64,000 nucleotides of DNA. It comes from a virus. The translations under genes and the position numbers were made by a program. Shown piece by piece: positions 35,973-46,487 of the stretch. The notes beneath the pieces were generated by a model. It was given only the letters and a program-made list of their open reading frames with translations. It had not been told where the DNA came from and made no database searches. The number at the start of each line of letters is the position of its first letter. Positions within the stretch are counted from its first letter, which is position 1. The stretch is taken from positions 1 to 64,000 of IMG/VR virus record IMGVR_UViG_3300040801_001687; one strand, written 5' to 3'.

Positions 35973-38924
35973 ATGGCCAGACAACAAGGAACATTTCCAA
36001 TTAGTGCAAACTACGAAGTAAGGATAAAAGGAACATTTGATGCAAGGCAACTTGTGGATGATGTAGCCGACTTATACAACTTTAATAGTGCAAACTATAT
36101 ACCTTATGGGTTTACTGTATCAGTTAAAGGTTTAGCTGATTCAGCCACTAGGGGTATATATATGTGTATAGATGAGAACAACTTATCACTTCCAGCCTCA
36201 TGGATAAAAATTACTGGAACAGGAGGGGGAGCCTCTAATTGGGGGGATTTAGCGGGTAATGTTGAGGACCAAACCGATTTAGTTAATTACATAGATTCTA
36301 AAACTACTTTACAAAATGTATTAGAACAAGGTTCTGATTACTTAGGCAGTAATAATATAGACATAACTGTAGAAGATGTTACAAACCCTTTAACTGATTA
36401 TGTTTCTTTTACTATAGAAGGTGACCCGGTAAACTCTAGTGGTTTTGTTAAAAGAGTTGGTGTAGGAGGAGGGGATTATAAAGAAAGCTCTATATTAGTA
36501 TCTGATGGGGTTGCAAATTTAAGTGTATTTACTAGTGATAATGGTTCAGGGTCTTTTGGAAGTACCTTTGTTAGAGCCTCCGATGATGAGGGAATTGTTT
36601 TATTAGACGGTATAAACTCGATAGGTGCTAGGTATACTTCTGATTATTCTGCTAATAATACTGGAGCTAATTATAACCCAAGATGGATACCCGATTTAGA
36701 GTATGTGAATTCCATATCAGATTTACAAGGGACTATAGAGGCCGGAGGTTTTTACTCGGGAACTGATTCTGTAATTATAGCAGTCCAAGACCAAGTAGAT
36801 ACAGGTAGGGAATCAACTTTTTATTTAGGTAATGGTGCTTTATATTATTTATCTTCCAAAAAAGGAATAAGCTCACAAACTAACTATAGAGAAAGTATAT
36901 TAACTTTTGACCCCACCCGAATACAATATACTATATTAAAGGGTAATGGTACTTCTAGTGATAGAGCCGGGTTACATATTCAAACTATGGGTTCTCAATA
37001 TGAGGACGGAATTGTAATAGTAGATGATATATACAACCAAGGGGTATTATATGATAAAGATTTTTCAGCTAATAACCTGGGAGTTAATGAGAATGATAGG
37101 TGGATACCTGATGTAGCAGGAGTTAAATCTTTAATATCTACTTACTCAGGGGGAGGGGGAAGTTCTACCTGGGGCTCTATTACAGGAACAATAACAGACC
37201 AAACAGATTTAACTGGTTATATAGACGACCAAATACCCGAAGGTACAAACGGTGTTGAGTTTTTAAACGGTTCTTATCAATTGTCGGGAGAATCCGATTT
37301 AACTAAAAGTGTACTTTTGGGTGGAGGATATAGTTATACATTTGATTTTGGAGGAGCATTTTCAGGGTTTGGAGATTTATATAGTCCTTTTGCTGAATTT
37401 GGAATAATGTCATTGAACACACAAATATATAATGAAAATTATGATGGTTTAAGAATAACAGATTCAATACAACATTTATCAGGAATTAATCTACAATTAA
37501 GAAATAATAATGGTACTCTAAGAATATTAGATTTAGGGCAAGGAGGAAATGATGATGATAAATCAATATTTAAAAATGATGGGGGAGATGTATATATTAG
37601 AGGACATCAAGCTCTTGCTCTTTATAGAGGAGGAGGAGACTTCTTCGATGATACAGGACTATTATTTGCTTCTTCTCCTAGTACTTCTGCTTCCCAAGGA
37701 ATAGAAATAGGAAATGTATTTTATCAAAATATTAGATTTAAAAGTGGTTTAAGTTATAGTAATCCTTTAGATGTAGTTCCTAAAACTTATATAGATAGTA
37801 ATTTTGCTTTACAATCTTCTCTATCTGATTACTTAACTGTATCTCAATATAATAGTGAAAGACATTTTAAAGGTACTTATACTTCTTTAGCTAATCTTAC
37901 AACTGCTGAACCAACTGCAAATGCGGGTGATTTTGCAAATATAGATGCAGGAGTTGGAAGTACAGTTCAAAGAGCTATATGGGATAATGATGATAGTGAG
38001 TGGGTTATAAGTGCTAGTGGAGGAGGTAGTGTAGAATCAGTTAATGGACAAATTCCTGATGGTTCAGGTAATGTATTATTAAATTTAACTCATATTAGTG
38101 ATACTGATTTTACATCTTTAACTAATGGAGATTTAATAAAATATAATGGCACTAATTTTGTAAATGTACCTGATACAGATTATGCCAGACCTTTAGATAA
38201 ATCCACGAGTGAAGCACTACCAACAAGTATTGATTTTAGTTTAGCAGCTTTTCAACCTAAATCACTTTCAGGTACTCTTAACATTACAGCTATTACAAAC
38301 CCCCAATTAGGTACCATAGTATTACCTGTAACAGGGGGAAGTGATATAACTATAGATACTGGATTAATACCTGCTGAAAGAATTAGGGGAGCATTTAATA
38401 GTTCTAAATCAACCAATGTTTTAAAAATAACTTGTTATGATGCTTCAGCCCCTTCTTATTTTGCAGTATGGGAATTAGAAGGAGGAGGTACAGGGGGAGG
38501 TACTAGTTTAATTGAGTATGAGAAAAATACTAGTTTAACTGTTACTGGAACAGTTGCAGATATAACGAGTTTAGATGCTTCCCCTATTGATATTAGTAGT
38601 GAAGGGGTAACTGTTAATGAGACTACAGGTGTAATCACGTTAGCAGCTAACGGTAATTATAATCTTAGTATAAGTGCTAATTATTTAGCTACTAGTGGTA
38701 CTGATAGAAGTACTATAGATGTTTTGTTAACTCAAGCAGATAATACAGAAATATGGAAAGCTCATAACTATATAAGAGCAAGTGGAGACAGAAGTACTTT
38801 ATCTTTCTCTAAAACTGTAATGGTTGGAGGAACTGATTTAGATGTAAAATTTAGACATGTACTCTCTAAAGGTACAATGCCAATTGATTTAGAAAGTGCT
38901 TTAATAAAAATACAGAAAATATAA
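35973..38924 (+). CDS. Long tail fibre/receptor-binding protein
   Basis: Two WGxxxGxxxDQTDL motifs, internal duplication, VESVNG, beta-sandwich C-terminus. Confidence 0.7.
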   Translation: MARQQGTFPISANYEVRIKGTFDARQLVDDVADLYNFNSANYIPYGFTVSVKGLADSATRGIYMCIDENNLSLPASWIKITGTGGGASNWGDLAGNVEDQTDLVNYIDSKTTLQNVLEQGSDYLGSNNIDITVEDVTNPLTDYVSFTIEGDPVNSSGFVKRVGVGGGDYKESSILVSDGVANLSVFTSDNGSGSFGSTFVRASDDEGIVLLDGINSIGARYTSDYSANNTGANYNPRWIPDLEYVNSISDLQGTIEAGGFYSGTDSVIIAVQDQVDTGRESTFYLGNGALYYLSSKKGISSQTNYRESILTFDPTRIQYTILKGNGTSSDRAGLHIQTMGSQYEDGIVIVDDIYNQGVLYDKDFSANNLGVNENDRWIPDVAGVKSLISTYSGGGGSSTWGSITGTITDQTDLTGYIDDQIPEGTNGVEFLNGSYQLSGESDLTKSVLLGGGYSYTFDFGGAFSGFGDLYSPFAEFGIMSLNTQIYNENYDGLRITDSIQHLSGINLQLRNNNGTLRILDLGQGGNDDDKSIFKNDGGDVYIRGHQALALYRGGGDFFDDTGLLFASSPSTSASQGIEIGNVFYQNIRFKSGLSYSNPLDVVPKTYIDSNFALQSSLSDYLTVSQYNSERHFKGTYTSLANLTTAEPTANAGDFANIDAGVGSTVQRAIWDNDDSEWVISASGGGSVESVNGQIPDGSGNVLLNLTHISDTDFTSLTNGDLIKYNGTNFVNVPDTDYARPLDKSTSEALPTSIDFSLAAFQPKSLSGTLNITAITNPQLGTIVLPVTGGSDITIDTGLIPAERIRGAFNSSKSTNVLKITCYDASAPSYFAVWELEGGGTGGGTSLIEYEKNTSLTVTGTVADITSLDASPIDISSEGVTVNETTGVITLAANGNYNLSISANYLATSGTDRSTIDVLLTQADNTEIWKAHNYIRASGDRSTLSFSKTVMVGGTDLDVKFRHVLSKGTMPIDLESALIKIQKI

Positions 38925-39982
38925 TGGCAGCTACTCACACTAAAGATTTAACAACATTTGATTTACCTGCATGGGTTTATAAACCCGATGGTTATGAAAA
39001 TGCAGACCCTTTAAGTTATCCTGTACTTGTATTTTTGCATGGTAACGGTATTCAAGGTAGTGGCATTGATGCAATGCTAACTGCTGATGCACCAACCCCA
39101 TGTACAGAGATTGATGATAAAATTAATACCGTTGATTGGCCTTATAATTTTATTGTTATATGCCCTTATAAGGATACTGGAGATTGGTTTCCTAACCCTG
39201 TTTATAACCTTATGCAAAGTATAGTAGATAATGCTAGTGCATACAAAATAGATATTAATAAAATAGCTTTAACAGGTTTATCTTTAGGGGGTATAGGTAT
39301 TTCTCAATGGATTCAAGACCCAGTTGCCAACAATAGGTATGTAAGTATAAAGGCTGCATTTCCCATTGCCGGGGGTAGTCAATCGGGTGCTGATGTTGCA
39401 CAGGATGCTGTAGATAGAAATATATTAGTTAAGGGGTGGTACGGTGAAAATGACCCAAGCTCATTTGCTAACCCTAGAATGATTAATGATAGAGATGAGA
39501 TGAATGCTATTGAAGCAGGGTATTACGAACTGTTTGAAATAGCTGGAGGAACTCATAGTTCTTCAACTTGGGGAAAGGTTTATAATAGGCAAGATGCTAA
39601 TGCTGTTAGTTATGATATATACAATTATCTTGAAGGTTTATCCAACCCACCCGACACTACTCCACCTACAATTCCCAACAATTTATTAAGTAGTAATATA
39701 GAAAAACACTCCTTTGAGGTTAGTTGGGATGCTTCTACTGATGCTGAAAATTCGGTAGACTACTATAATATCTATTTAGATGATATACTAATAGGAGATA
39801 CTACTTTATTAAACTTTAATTTTGGGTATAGGCTAGCTCCTAATACTGAATATAAAGTAGAAATATCTGCAGTAGATACACTGGGTAATGAGAGTAATTT
39901 AAGCACAGCCTTATTTGTTACAACCCTTGAAGATTTAGCCTCTGTTAACATGGGGGGATTTTCTAAAGAAACTCTTTTATAA
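38924..39982 (+). CDS. Alpha/beta hydrolase (esterase/peptidase) with an FN3 domain
   Basis: YPVLVFLHG, GLSLGG (GxSxG), GEND, GGTH; DTTPPT.P..L...W.ASTD...Y FN3. Confidence 0.85.
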   Translation: MAATHTKDLTTFDLPAWVYKPDGYENADPLSYPVLVFLHGNGIQGSGIDAMLTADAPTPCTEIDDKINTVDWPYNFIVICPYKDTGDWFPNPVYNLMQSIVDNASAYKIDINKIALTGLSLGGIGISQWIQDPVANNRYVSIKAAFPIAGGSQSGADVAQDAVDRNILVKGWYGENDPSSFANPRMINDRDEMNAIEAGYYELFEIAGGTHSSSTWGKVYNRQDANAVSYDIYNYLEGLSNPPDTTPPTIPNNLLSSNIEKHSFEVSWDASTDAENSVDYYNIYLDDILIGDTTLLNFNFGYRLAPNTEYKVEISAVDTLGNESNLSTALFVTTLEDLASVNMGGFSKETLL

Positions 39983-40019
39983 ATTAACTATTATAATAGA
40001 ATAAAAAACATAAATAATT

Positions 40020-40304
40020 ATGACTAAAGAAACACAATCAAAAAAGAACCTTGATTTTCCTATAAGGGATTTAGAAGGTGGAGTTTACAGAGGTATAGAG
40101 AGTTGCTCTAAATTCATAGCCGAAAGAATTGCCTCAACCGATAGTAAACAAGACTTCTTTAAGATATTTAATATATCTAAGGAGCTTTATGAGAAAGGGG
40201 AATTATCAAACCCCGAAGATGAAGCCAAACTTTTAGATGAAATAAAAAAGTTAAGGCTTCCAGTAATTGTTAAAGGTCAAATTTTAGAAACTTTAAACTC
40301 ATAA
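40020..40304 (+). CDS. Small helical protein, paralogue of 40307-40621; possible fibre chaperone
   Basis: LDFPIRDLEG...IVKGQILE. Confidence 0.7.
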   Translation: MTKETQSKKNLDFPIRDLEGGVYRGIESCSKFIAERIASTDSKQDFFKIFNISKELYEKGELSNPEDEAKLLDEIKKLRLPVIVKGQILETLNS

Positions 40305-40306
40305 AC

Positions 40307-40621
40307 ATGAAGGTATTTAATCTTAATTTCAAATTTAAAGATTTAAAAGGTAGTGAATTGGATGTTGCTCCAGCTAACCAAGTAGTTGCAAACCACTTAT
40401 CAGAATATATACCAGATGCTCAAGAAGAAGATTTAATCCTAAAATACTATGGATGGGTCAAATCTTTACAATCAGGTGAATCTATTACTTTAGATAATTC
40501 AGATTTACAAAAATTTAAAAATATAGTACGGGATAAGTTAAGTCTTACAAATATTGCTAAAGCTCAAATATTTGAGGCCTTGGAGAAAAATTTAAAGGAC
40601 ACCCTAAAAGAAGATAAATAA
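40307..40621 (+). CDS. Small helical protein, paralogue of 40020-40304
   Basis: LNFKFKDLKG...IAKAQIFE. Confidence 0.7.
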   Translation: MKVFNLNFKFKDLKGSELDVAPANQVVANHLSEYIPDAQEEDLILKYYGWVKSLQSGESITLDNSDLQKFKNIVRDKLSLTNIAKAQIFEALEKNLKDTLKEDK

Positions 40622-40651
40622 TCTAACTCTTAATCCAAAATATAAAGTCCA

Positions 40652-41050
40652 ATGGTGCATTTATTATTAATTCTATTCCTTCAAGTAAAAGAAATCATAA
40701 AGGATGATGATACTTTTTTTAAAGCACTAGAATCAGAGGATTTTATATTTTGGTTTTTTGGGGCTTTTATTATATCATACCTAGATTTTAAGGAATATAA
40801 AAACAACCTAGAAGAAGAAGGTAAACCTTTTGTATGGAAAACCTTTTGGTCAGAAAATATAGAGGATACTCTATGGGCTTATTTGGGCTCATTTGTTGTA
40901 CTTATAATTTATGGTATAACCGGTAATATTTTAATTTTAAAAGGGGTAATAAACCAGGATAACTCTTTTGAAGTTTATACACCTTTCATTATAGGTTTAC
41001 TTGGAAGCTGGGCTATTGAAAAATTAGTTTATAAATATAAAAAGAAATGA
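40652..41050 (+). CDS. Holin-like multi-TM protein
   Basis: 3-4 hydrophobic segments and a basic C-terminus (YKYKKK). Confidence 0.55.
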   Translation: MVHLLLILFLQVKEIIKDDDTFFKALESEDFIFWFFGAFIISYLDFKEYKNNLEEEGKPFVWKTFWSENIEDTLWAYLGSFVVLIIYGITGNILILKGVINQDNSFEVYTPFIIGLLGSWAIEKLVYKYKKK

Positions 41051-42720
41051 CACAAACTAGATACCATAGTTATTTAAGACCCCTAGATTCTTTTGATGAG
41101 AATTCAAGAATATCAGGTATAGCTGCTAAAGGAGTTATTTGTGGGTTTGATACTTACTTACCTTCCCCATCAAGTAGAAATTTTTCAATATCACATTTAG
41201 CTTCGGGAATTAAAAAAGGAACAAAGGATAATTTAACATTATCAGACCCCCAAGGTTGTGTAATATCTCCTCACGGGGTTGTAGTATATGAAGATGAAGC
41301 TATACAATTAACTTTATCTGATAATTCCACTAACTCAAACAGAAGAGTTTACCTTGTAATAATGGAACACCAATGGGTATCATCTGAAAATGGTTCCCCC
41401 GCTACATACTCTTTAGTAGTTGGGCCTTCTAATGGAAGTATACCTGTGATACCAAACCCTGAAAGACAAGTATTAATAGCTACTATAGAACAACCCGCCA
41501 ATTCTACAAATGCTTCCGAAGCAGTATATTATAGAGCTAACCCAAAACTAATGGGGGGTAATGAAGTATTTTCTTATTTAAACGATGGAGTAAATTTACC
41601 TAGTATAACTCCATTAGAAGGTAGGTTAGATAATATAACAAAATCAGGTTTATACTATGTGGGAAATAATTCAAATATACCTGATAGGCCAGGAGGAAAT
41701 ACTGAAGATAGAGGCTTTTTAATGGTACTTATAAATGGCAACTATGTTCATCAATTTTATTTATCGAGTAGAAGTGGAAGGGTTTATGTAAGAGGGGGAG
41801 GAATGACAAACAATGCGGGTAATGTAGCTTATACTAAATGGGGCTCATTAAATAATGTTGAAATTGATTCCGATGTTACTGAATTATTTGATATAATAGG
41901 TGATAGAGAATACAACAGTAACCTCCTAACTGATGGAGTTACAATAACTGCATCTTTAAATACATTAGCCGATGAGTTAGATACTGCTTTAGATGATATA
42001 GTTAGCCTTCAAACCGGTAAAGCTGATAAAAGTATAGAAGTAATTGGTGACGGAGCTCTAACCGGGGGAGGAAGTTTAAGCCAAAATAGATTTATAAGTA
42101 TTAAACCGGGTGGAGTTACTGGGGCTATGATTGATAGTAAAACTATCTCAGCTTCAAATATTGCTGACTTTTCTATAAGCTCTTTAAATTTAGGTGATTT
42201 TATAGTTACCCATAATAAATTAGGCCCCAATGCAGTAGAGAATGATAATATTGATGCGGGAGCTGTGGATACTGGGGAATTAGCAAACTTTGCAGTTACT
42301 AATACTAAATTGGGTGATAATTCTATATCTAATATAAAAATTCAAGATGGAGCAGTAGGAACTTCTAAATTAGCTATAGGAGGTTGGACTACTTCAGGGG
42401 TTAGTTCCAATTGGACTACATCCGGCAGTGGAACTGATGAAGGCTTTAGGTATAGAAAAAATGTAAATGAGGTTGTAGAATTTAAGGGGTTAGTTTGGAG
42501 AAACACCGGAACAACAGTTGATTTTTTTTTAACTTTACCCGTATCTTATAGGCCTTCGGGAGACAGGTATTTACCTATATTAGATTATGCCGGGGACCCA
42601 ATATATTTATTTGTGGATGCTTCAACTGGTAGGTGTACTATATACCCAATAAGGAGTGGAGCAGCAACCTCACCTTCTACTAATAATGGAGCTTATGTTG
42701 AAACTGTAATGCCTTTATAA
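41047..42720 (+). CDS. Tail fibre protein
   Basis: Knob-like LDNITKSGLYYV; GALTGGGSLS; 10-aa VTxxKLxxxA repeats; C-terminal LP..YRP domain. Confidence 0.8.
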   Translation: MTQTRYHSYLRPLDSFDENSRISGIAAKGVICGFDTYLPSPSSRNFSISHLASGIKKGTKDNLTLSDPQGCVISPHGVVVYEDEAIQLTLSDNSTNSNRRVYLVIMEHQWVSSENGSPATYSLVVGPSNGSIPVIPNPERQVLIATIEQPANSTNASEAVYYRANPKLMGGNEVFSYLNDGVNLPSITPLEGRLDNITKSGLYYVGNNSNIPDRPGGNTEDRGFLMVLINGNYVHQFYLSSRSGRVYVRGGGMTNNAGNVAYTKWGSLNNVEIDSDVTELFDIIGDREYNSNLLTDGVTITASLNTLADELDTALDDIVSLQTGKADKSIEVIGDGALTGGGSLSQNRFISIKPGGVTGAMIDSKTISASNIADFSISSLNLGDFIVTHNKLGPNAVENDNIDAGAVDTGELANFAVTNTKLGDNSISNIKIQDGAVGTSKLAIGGWTTSGVSSNWTTSGSGTDEGFRYRKNVNEVVEFKGLVWRNTGTTVDFFLTLPVSYRPSGDRYLPILDYAGDPIYLFVDASTGRCTIYPIRSGAATSPSTNNGAYVETVMPL

Positions 42721-42723
42721 ATT

Positions 42724-43302
42724 ATGGAAAGTCCTTTAGAGATGGTAATTTATGGAGTAGGGGGTTTATTAAGTAAAGTAACCTTCGATTACATAAAGAA
42801 AAAGATAAATATAAATAACTCATTTAGAAATATATTATTAGCCATAAAAGAGGTTTATGGTAATATGTCAAATTTAGCTGCAGTAACTGGAGCTTATAGA
42901 GTAGTTATATATAAAGGGGAAAATGGAGGGGGAGTACCTAAACTGGGAAACTCTTTATACTCTTCGGCTATATATGAGATTTACAAAGATTCACCTATTA
43001 AGGTATTTTGGCAAAGACAACCAATGGATGCTAAGTATACTGAAAATCTATTGCAAGTATATTCTAATAAGTTTCTATTAATAATCACTAGAAATCTTCC
43101 AAAATGTCAACAAAGAACTCTTTATGATGCAGAAGGGATAAGGAGAGTAGAGATGCATAAGATAAGAGTTGATAAGACCAGATTTATATACCTGGAATTA
43201 CAATTTACAGATGAGGATGAATTAAACCCAAAAATAGAACACGTAAAAAGGGCATCTATAAATACCCTTATTAACCTATTTGATAAAAATTCTTTAGACT
43301 GA
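42724..43302 (+). CDS. Single-TM protein with a soluble domain; possible holin-like lysis protein
   Basis: N-terminal hydrophobic segment, GAYRV.I....NGG pattern, last gene of the late block. Confidence 0.4.
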   Translation: MESPLEMVIYGVGGLLSKVTFDYIKKKININNSFRNILLAIKEVYGNMSNLAAVTGAYRVVIYKGENGGGVPKLGNSLYSSAIYEIYKDSPIKVFWQRQPMDAKYTENLLQVYSNKFLLIITRNLPKCQQRTLYDAEGIRRVEMHKIRVDKTRFIYLELQFTDEDELNPKIEHVKRASINTLINLFDKNSLD

Positions 43303-43947
43303 TACTGGGTTTTTTCTAAAATGTTCTTGGGCTTCTAAAATCATTTGCTTTATCTCTCTTCTATAACAATTGATTATTTTAATGGATTCTTTTGAAGTAT
43401 CCATTCCAAAGAAATCGGCTATAATCTCGGAAGGAATTTTTGAGGTTGTAGCTTTATTGTGTTTGGATAATTTATTTAGTATAAATGGGGGTGGGTTTAA
43501 TTCAAGTTTTAATACCTCATAAGCTTGTTCAGATAAATTATCCTTCATAAAATTCATGCAGGTATCTAAAAAGATAGAATTTTCATCTATGGGTTCATCT
43601 TCAAATTCTAATTCTTTATAACCATAGGCTTCTGATATATCTATAGTATCATTTATTTGGTTCTTTTGAGAATAGATACTTCTTAATATTCTTTGTTTAA
43701 AGAATTGAAGTCCCGAAATAATATGCCCTTTAAGAACCTCCTCATCATGTTTATCACAATATCTATTAAAGATAAATATTATCTTAACATCGAACCAAGA
43801 TAATATTTCCTCATAATCCACTCCTAATCTTCTACAATCAATTTGATGGGCTAATTTTCTTTTAAGAGATTGAGTATTCTTATATATGTTCATGAATACC
43901 TCATTATTAAACTCTTCCTTCATTGGGGTTAATCTGTGCTCTTCCAT
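43294..43947 (-). CDS. Putative phage sigma-factor-like transcription factor
   Basis: Region-2-like (LAHQI...DYEEILSW) and region-4-like (LSEQAYEVLKL...IIADFFGM) segments; own promoter. Confidence 0.5.
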   Translation of the reverse strand: MEEHRLTPMKEEFNNEVFMNIYKNTQSLKRKLAHQIDCRRLGVDYEEILSWFDVKIIFIFNRYCDKHDEEVLKGHIISGLQFFKQRILRSIYSQKNQINDTIDISEAYGYKELEFEDEPIDENSIFLDTCMNFMKDNLSEQAYEVLKLELNPPPFILNKLSKHNKATTSKIPSEIIADFFGMDTSKESIKIINCYRREIKQMILEAQEHFRKNPVSV

Positions 43948-43986
43948 AATTTTAAAGATTTTACTATTATTAAATGATTATTTCAT

Positions 43987-44017
43987 CAAATAAAGATATA
44001 AATTTTCTAATTTCCAA
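43987..44017 (-). promoter_or_regulatory. Near-consensus Bacteroidota promoter for the sigma-like gene
   Basis: TTG-N20-TTTATTTG; closely resembles the promoter at 63774-63796. Confidence 0.55.
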
Positions 44018-44089
44018 ATAATTTTTATAAAGTTATTGATTTTCAGTCAGTTATAAAGTTTTACTTTTATATATAAATAATATTAAACC

Positions 44090-45508
44090 ATGAGTAATGA
44101 TAAGTTTGATTTTGATATAGATTTTCAATGGCAAATAATAAAATATACTCTAAAAGATAAGTCAGGATATAAACTTCTTAGACTTTATAAACACTCTTAT
44201 TTTGAAATAGACGACCAACAAATTGTAGCCCATGCAATAGAGAGGTACTTTAGAAGAAAACAGTCAATTCCTAAATCAGCTTCTATTCTTAACCAAGAGA
44301 TAAACCAATTATTTAGAACTAAAAACTATGCTAAATCCTTTCTACAACCTGATAGGGATAGAGTAAAAAGAAAAACTAAAAAATTATATAAGTCAGTTTT
44401 AAAAGATGCCGATGAAATTTATGAACAGTGTAAACTATTTGCATCTTATATAGAATTAAAGAAAACTTTGGAAGAGGTTGATTTAAAAGACTTCTCTAAA
44501 TACTCGGGTTACTCTAAAAAAATACAGAAAGCAGTTAACATAGGAATGGAGCTTGATGATAAAAGGGGTAGCTTTATTGTATCCGGTGCAAAGACCCGAA
44601 TTTTAGAAAGACATCAACAAGAAGAGACTATACCTACACCTTACCGTCAAATTAATAAACTCACTAATGCTAATGGTTATACTAAAGGAAGTATTATAGT
44701 TCTTGTAGATAAACCTAAGATGGGTAAAACCCTATCCATGGTCAATTTTGCAAGGGATTATATGAGCCGTAAGGGTAAGTATAAATCCAATAAAAAAGTT
44801 ATCTACTTTGATTTAGAGAACGGTGAAACCTCAATAAATATAAGAATAGACCAAGGGGTTTTAAATAAATCTAAAAAAGATATCATATCAGGCCAATATG
44901 ATTCTCTATTAATAAAACAATATAGAAAATATAAGAGGCTTGGGGGTGAGATTTATGTTATAAGAATGCAAAATGGTTCTACTGTTAATGATTTTCAAAA
45001 AGAACTAGACGACCTATATAATGAGTTTGGTTTAAAATTTGAAGTAGCAATAATTGATTACATCGGAATTATGGGTACCACTACTGGAAAGAAAGATGAT
45101 AATGAGAGAATCAGTGATGCCTATTTAGATGTTAAGAACTGGGCTAAACAAAATGACTTAGATGCAGTTATAACGGGACACCATGTTAAAAGGGAGGGAT
45201 ACAAAAGAAGGTACACTAAATACAGAACAGAAGATTTAGCTAAGTGTATTGATATCGAAAGGCATGTAGACACTTTATATGGGATTCAACAAAACCCCGA
45301 AGAGTTTTCAAACAATATAATTAGATTAGAGACAATGGCCCAAAGAGATGGGTTAAACGGTAAAGCTTTATTCCATGTAAACCAATCATATCAAAAAATA
45401 AAAGAATTTACTAAGGAGGAGATAGAAGCTTATGATGAGTTCTATAAGGATTACTCAGAGGATGAAGGAACTTCACCCAAAAGAAAACCATCAGAAGATT
45501 TAGATTAA
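44090..45508 (+). CDS. dnaB: Replicative DNA helicase (DnaB/SF4)
   Basis: PKMGKT Walker A, YFDLE, IIDYI, QRDG. Confidence 0.9.
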   Translation: MSNDKFDFDIDFQWQIIKYTLKDKSGYKLLRLYKHSYFEIDDQQIVAHAIERYFRRKQSIPKSASILNQEINQLFRTKNYAKSFLQPDRDRVKRKTKKLYKSVLKDADEIYEQCKLFASYIELKKTLEEVDLKDFSKYSGYSKKIQKAVNIGMELDDKRGSFIVSGAKTRILERHQQEETIPTPYRQINKLTNANGYTKGSIIVLVDKPKMGKTLSMVNFARDYMSRKGKYKSNKKVIYFDLENGETSINIRIDQGVLNKSKKDIISGQYDSLLIKQYRKYKRLGGEIYVIRMQNGSTVNDFQKELDDLYNEFGLKFEVAIIDYIGIMGTTTGKKDDNERISDAYLDVKNWAKQNDLDAVITGHHVKREGYKRRYTKYRTEDLAKCIDIERHVDTLYGIQQNPEEFSNNIIRLETMAQRDGLNGKALFHVNQSYQKIKEFTKEEIEAYDEFYKDYSEDEGTSPKRKPSEDLD

Positions 45509-45509
45509 T

Positions 45510-46487
45510 ATGAAGGCATTTCAAAGAGAGACTACCGAGAAACTTACTACATACTTTATTGAGAAGCTAGAGTGTACTCCAGCATCTACAGGTTGGCTTA
45601 GAAGAGGTACTTGCCCCTCTTGTGAAGAGAGTATGAAGTTTGGAGTTAACCTTTGGCTTAATAGAACAAATTGTTTTAAATGTGGTTATCATCCAAAGCC
45701 CATAAACCTTCTCATGGATTTAGAAGGTTTAGAAACAATGCCCGCCTTCTATAATTTTATAGGTACTTTTGAATCCACTGATGTATTAGATAAACCTGTA
45801 GAGCTTCTACAACAGAAGTTTGGAAAATTACCGGAGAGTTATAAGCTTATAATATTTGGGGAATCGACATTCGGTAAGTTAGCTAGAAAATACATGAAAG
45901 GTAGGGGGTATGATATAGATGAACTTGCTTTAAAAGGAGTAGGTTATTGTACTAAGGGGCCCTATAAGGGTAGAATAATAACTCCTTTTTATGAAAACGG
46001 TAGAGTGGTATATTTTAATGCAAGAAAATTTATAGATGTAGGAGAGAAGCATAAAAACCCTTCAATTAATGAGTTTGGGGTTGGTAAATCCTTATTAATA
46101 TACAATGTGGATGCTTTATGGTTATACAATAGGACCTATCTAGTTGAATCCGCCACTAATGCTTTAACATTAGGGGATAGAGCAATAGCTACTGGGGGTA
46201 AAAAATTATCAAATTATCAGGTATCTAAAATAATAAAATCCCCATGTAAAGAAGTTAGTATAGTTTTAGATAAAGATGCCTGGTGGGAAGCATTACAATT
46301 AGGTTTAAAGTTATCACCCCATAAAAGGGTTAGGTTAATAGAGATGCCTGATGATAGAGATGTAAACGAGTTAGGAAAAAAGAAAAGCCTTAAGTTAATT
46401 AAGAAATCAAAAGTATTATCTTATAAAGAGATATATAAACTATTTATTAATACGGAAAAACCCGAACATTATTTACCTACAGTATGA
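45510..46487 (+). CDS. dnaG: DNA primase (zinc finger plus TOPRIM)
   Basis: CPSC...CFKC, LVES, VLDKDA, DVNE. Confidence 0.9.
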   Translation: MKAFQRETTEKLTTYFIEKLECTPASTGWLRRGTCPSCEESMKFGVNLWLNRTNCFKCGYHPKPINLLMDLEGLETMPAFYNFIGTFESTDVLDKPVELLQQKFGKLPESYKLIIFGESTFGKLARKYMKGRGYDIDELALKGVGYCTKGPYKGRIITPFYENGRVVYFNARKFIDVGEKHKNPSINEFGVGKSLLIYNVDALWLYNRTYLVESATNALTLGDRAIATGGKKLSNYQVSKIIKSPCKEVSIVLDKDAWWEALQLGLKLSPHKRVRLIEMPDDRDVNELGKKKSLKLIKKSKVLSYKEIYKLFINTEKPEHYLPTV

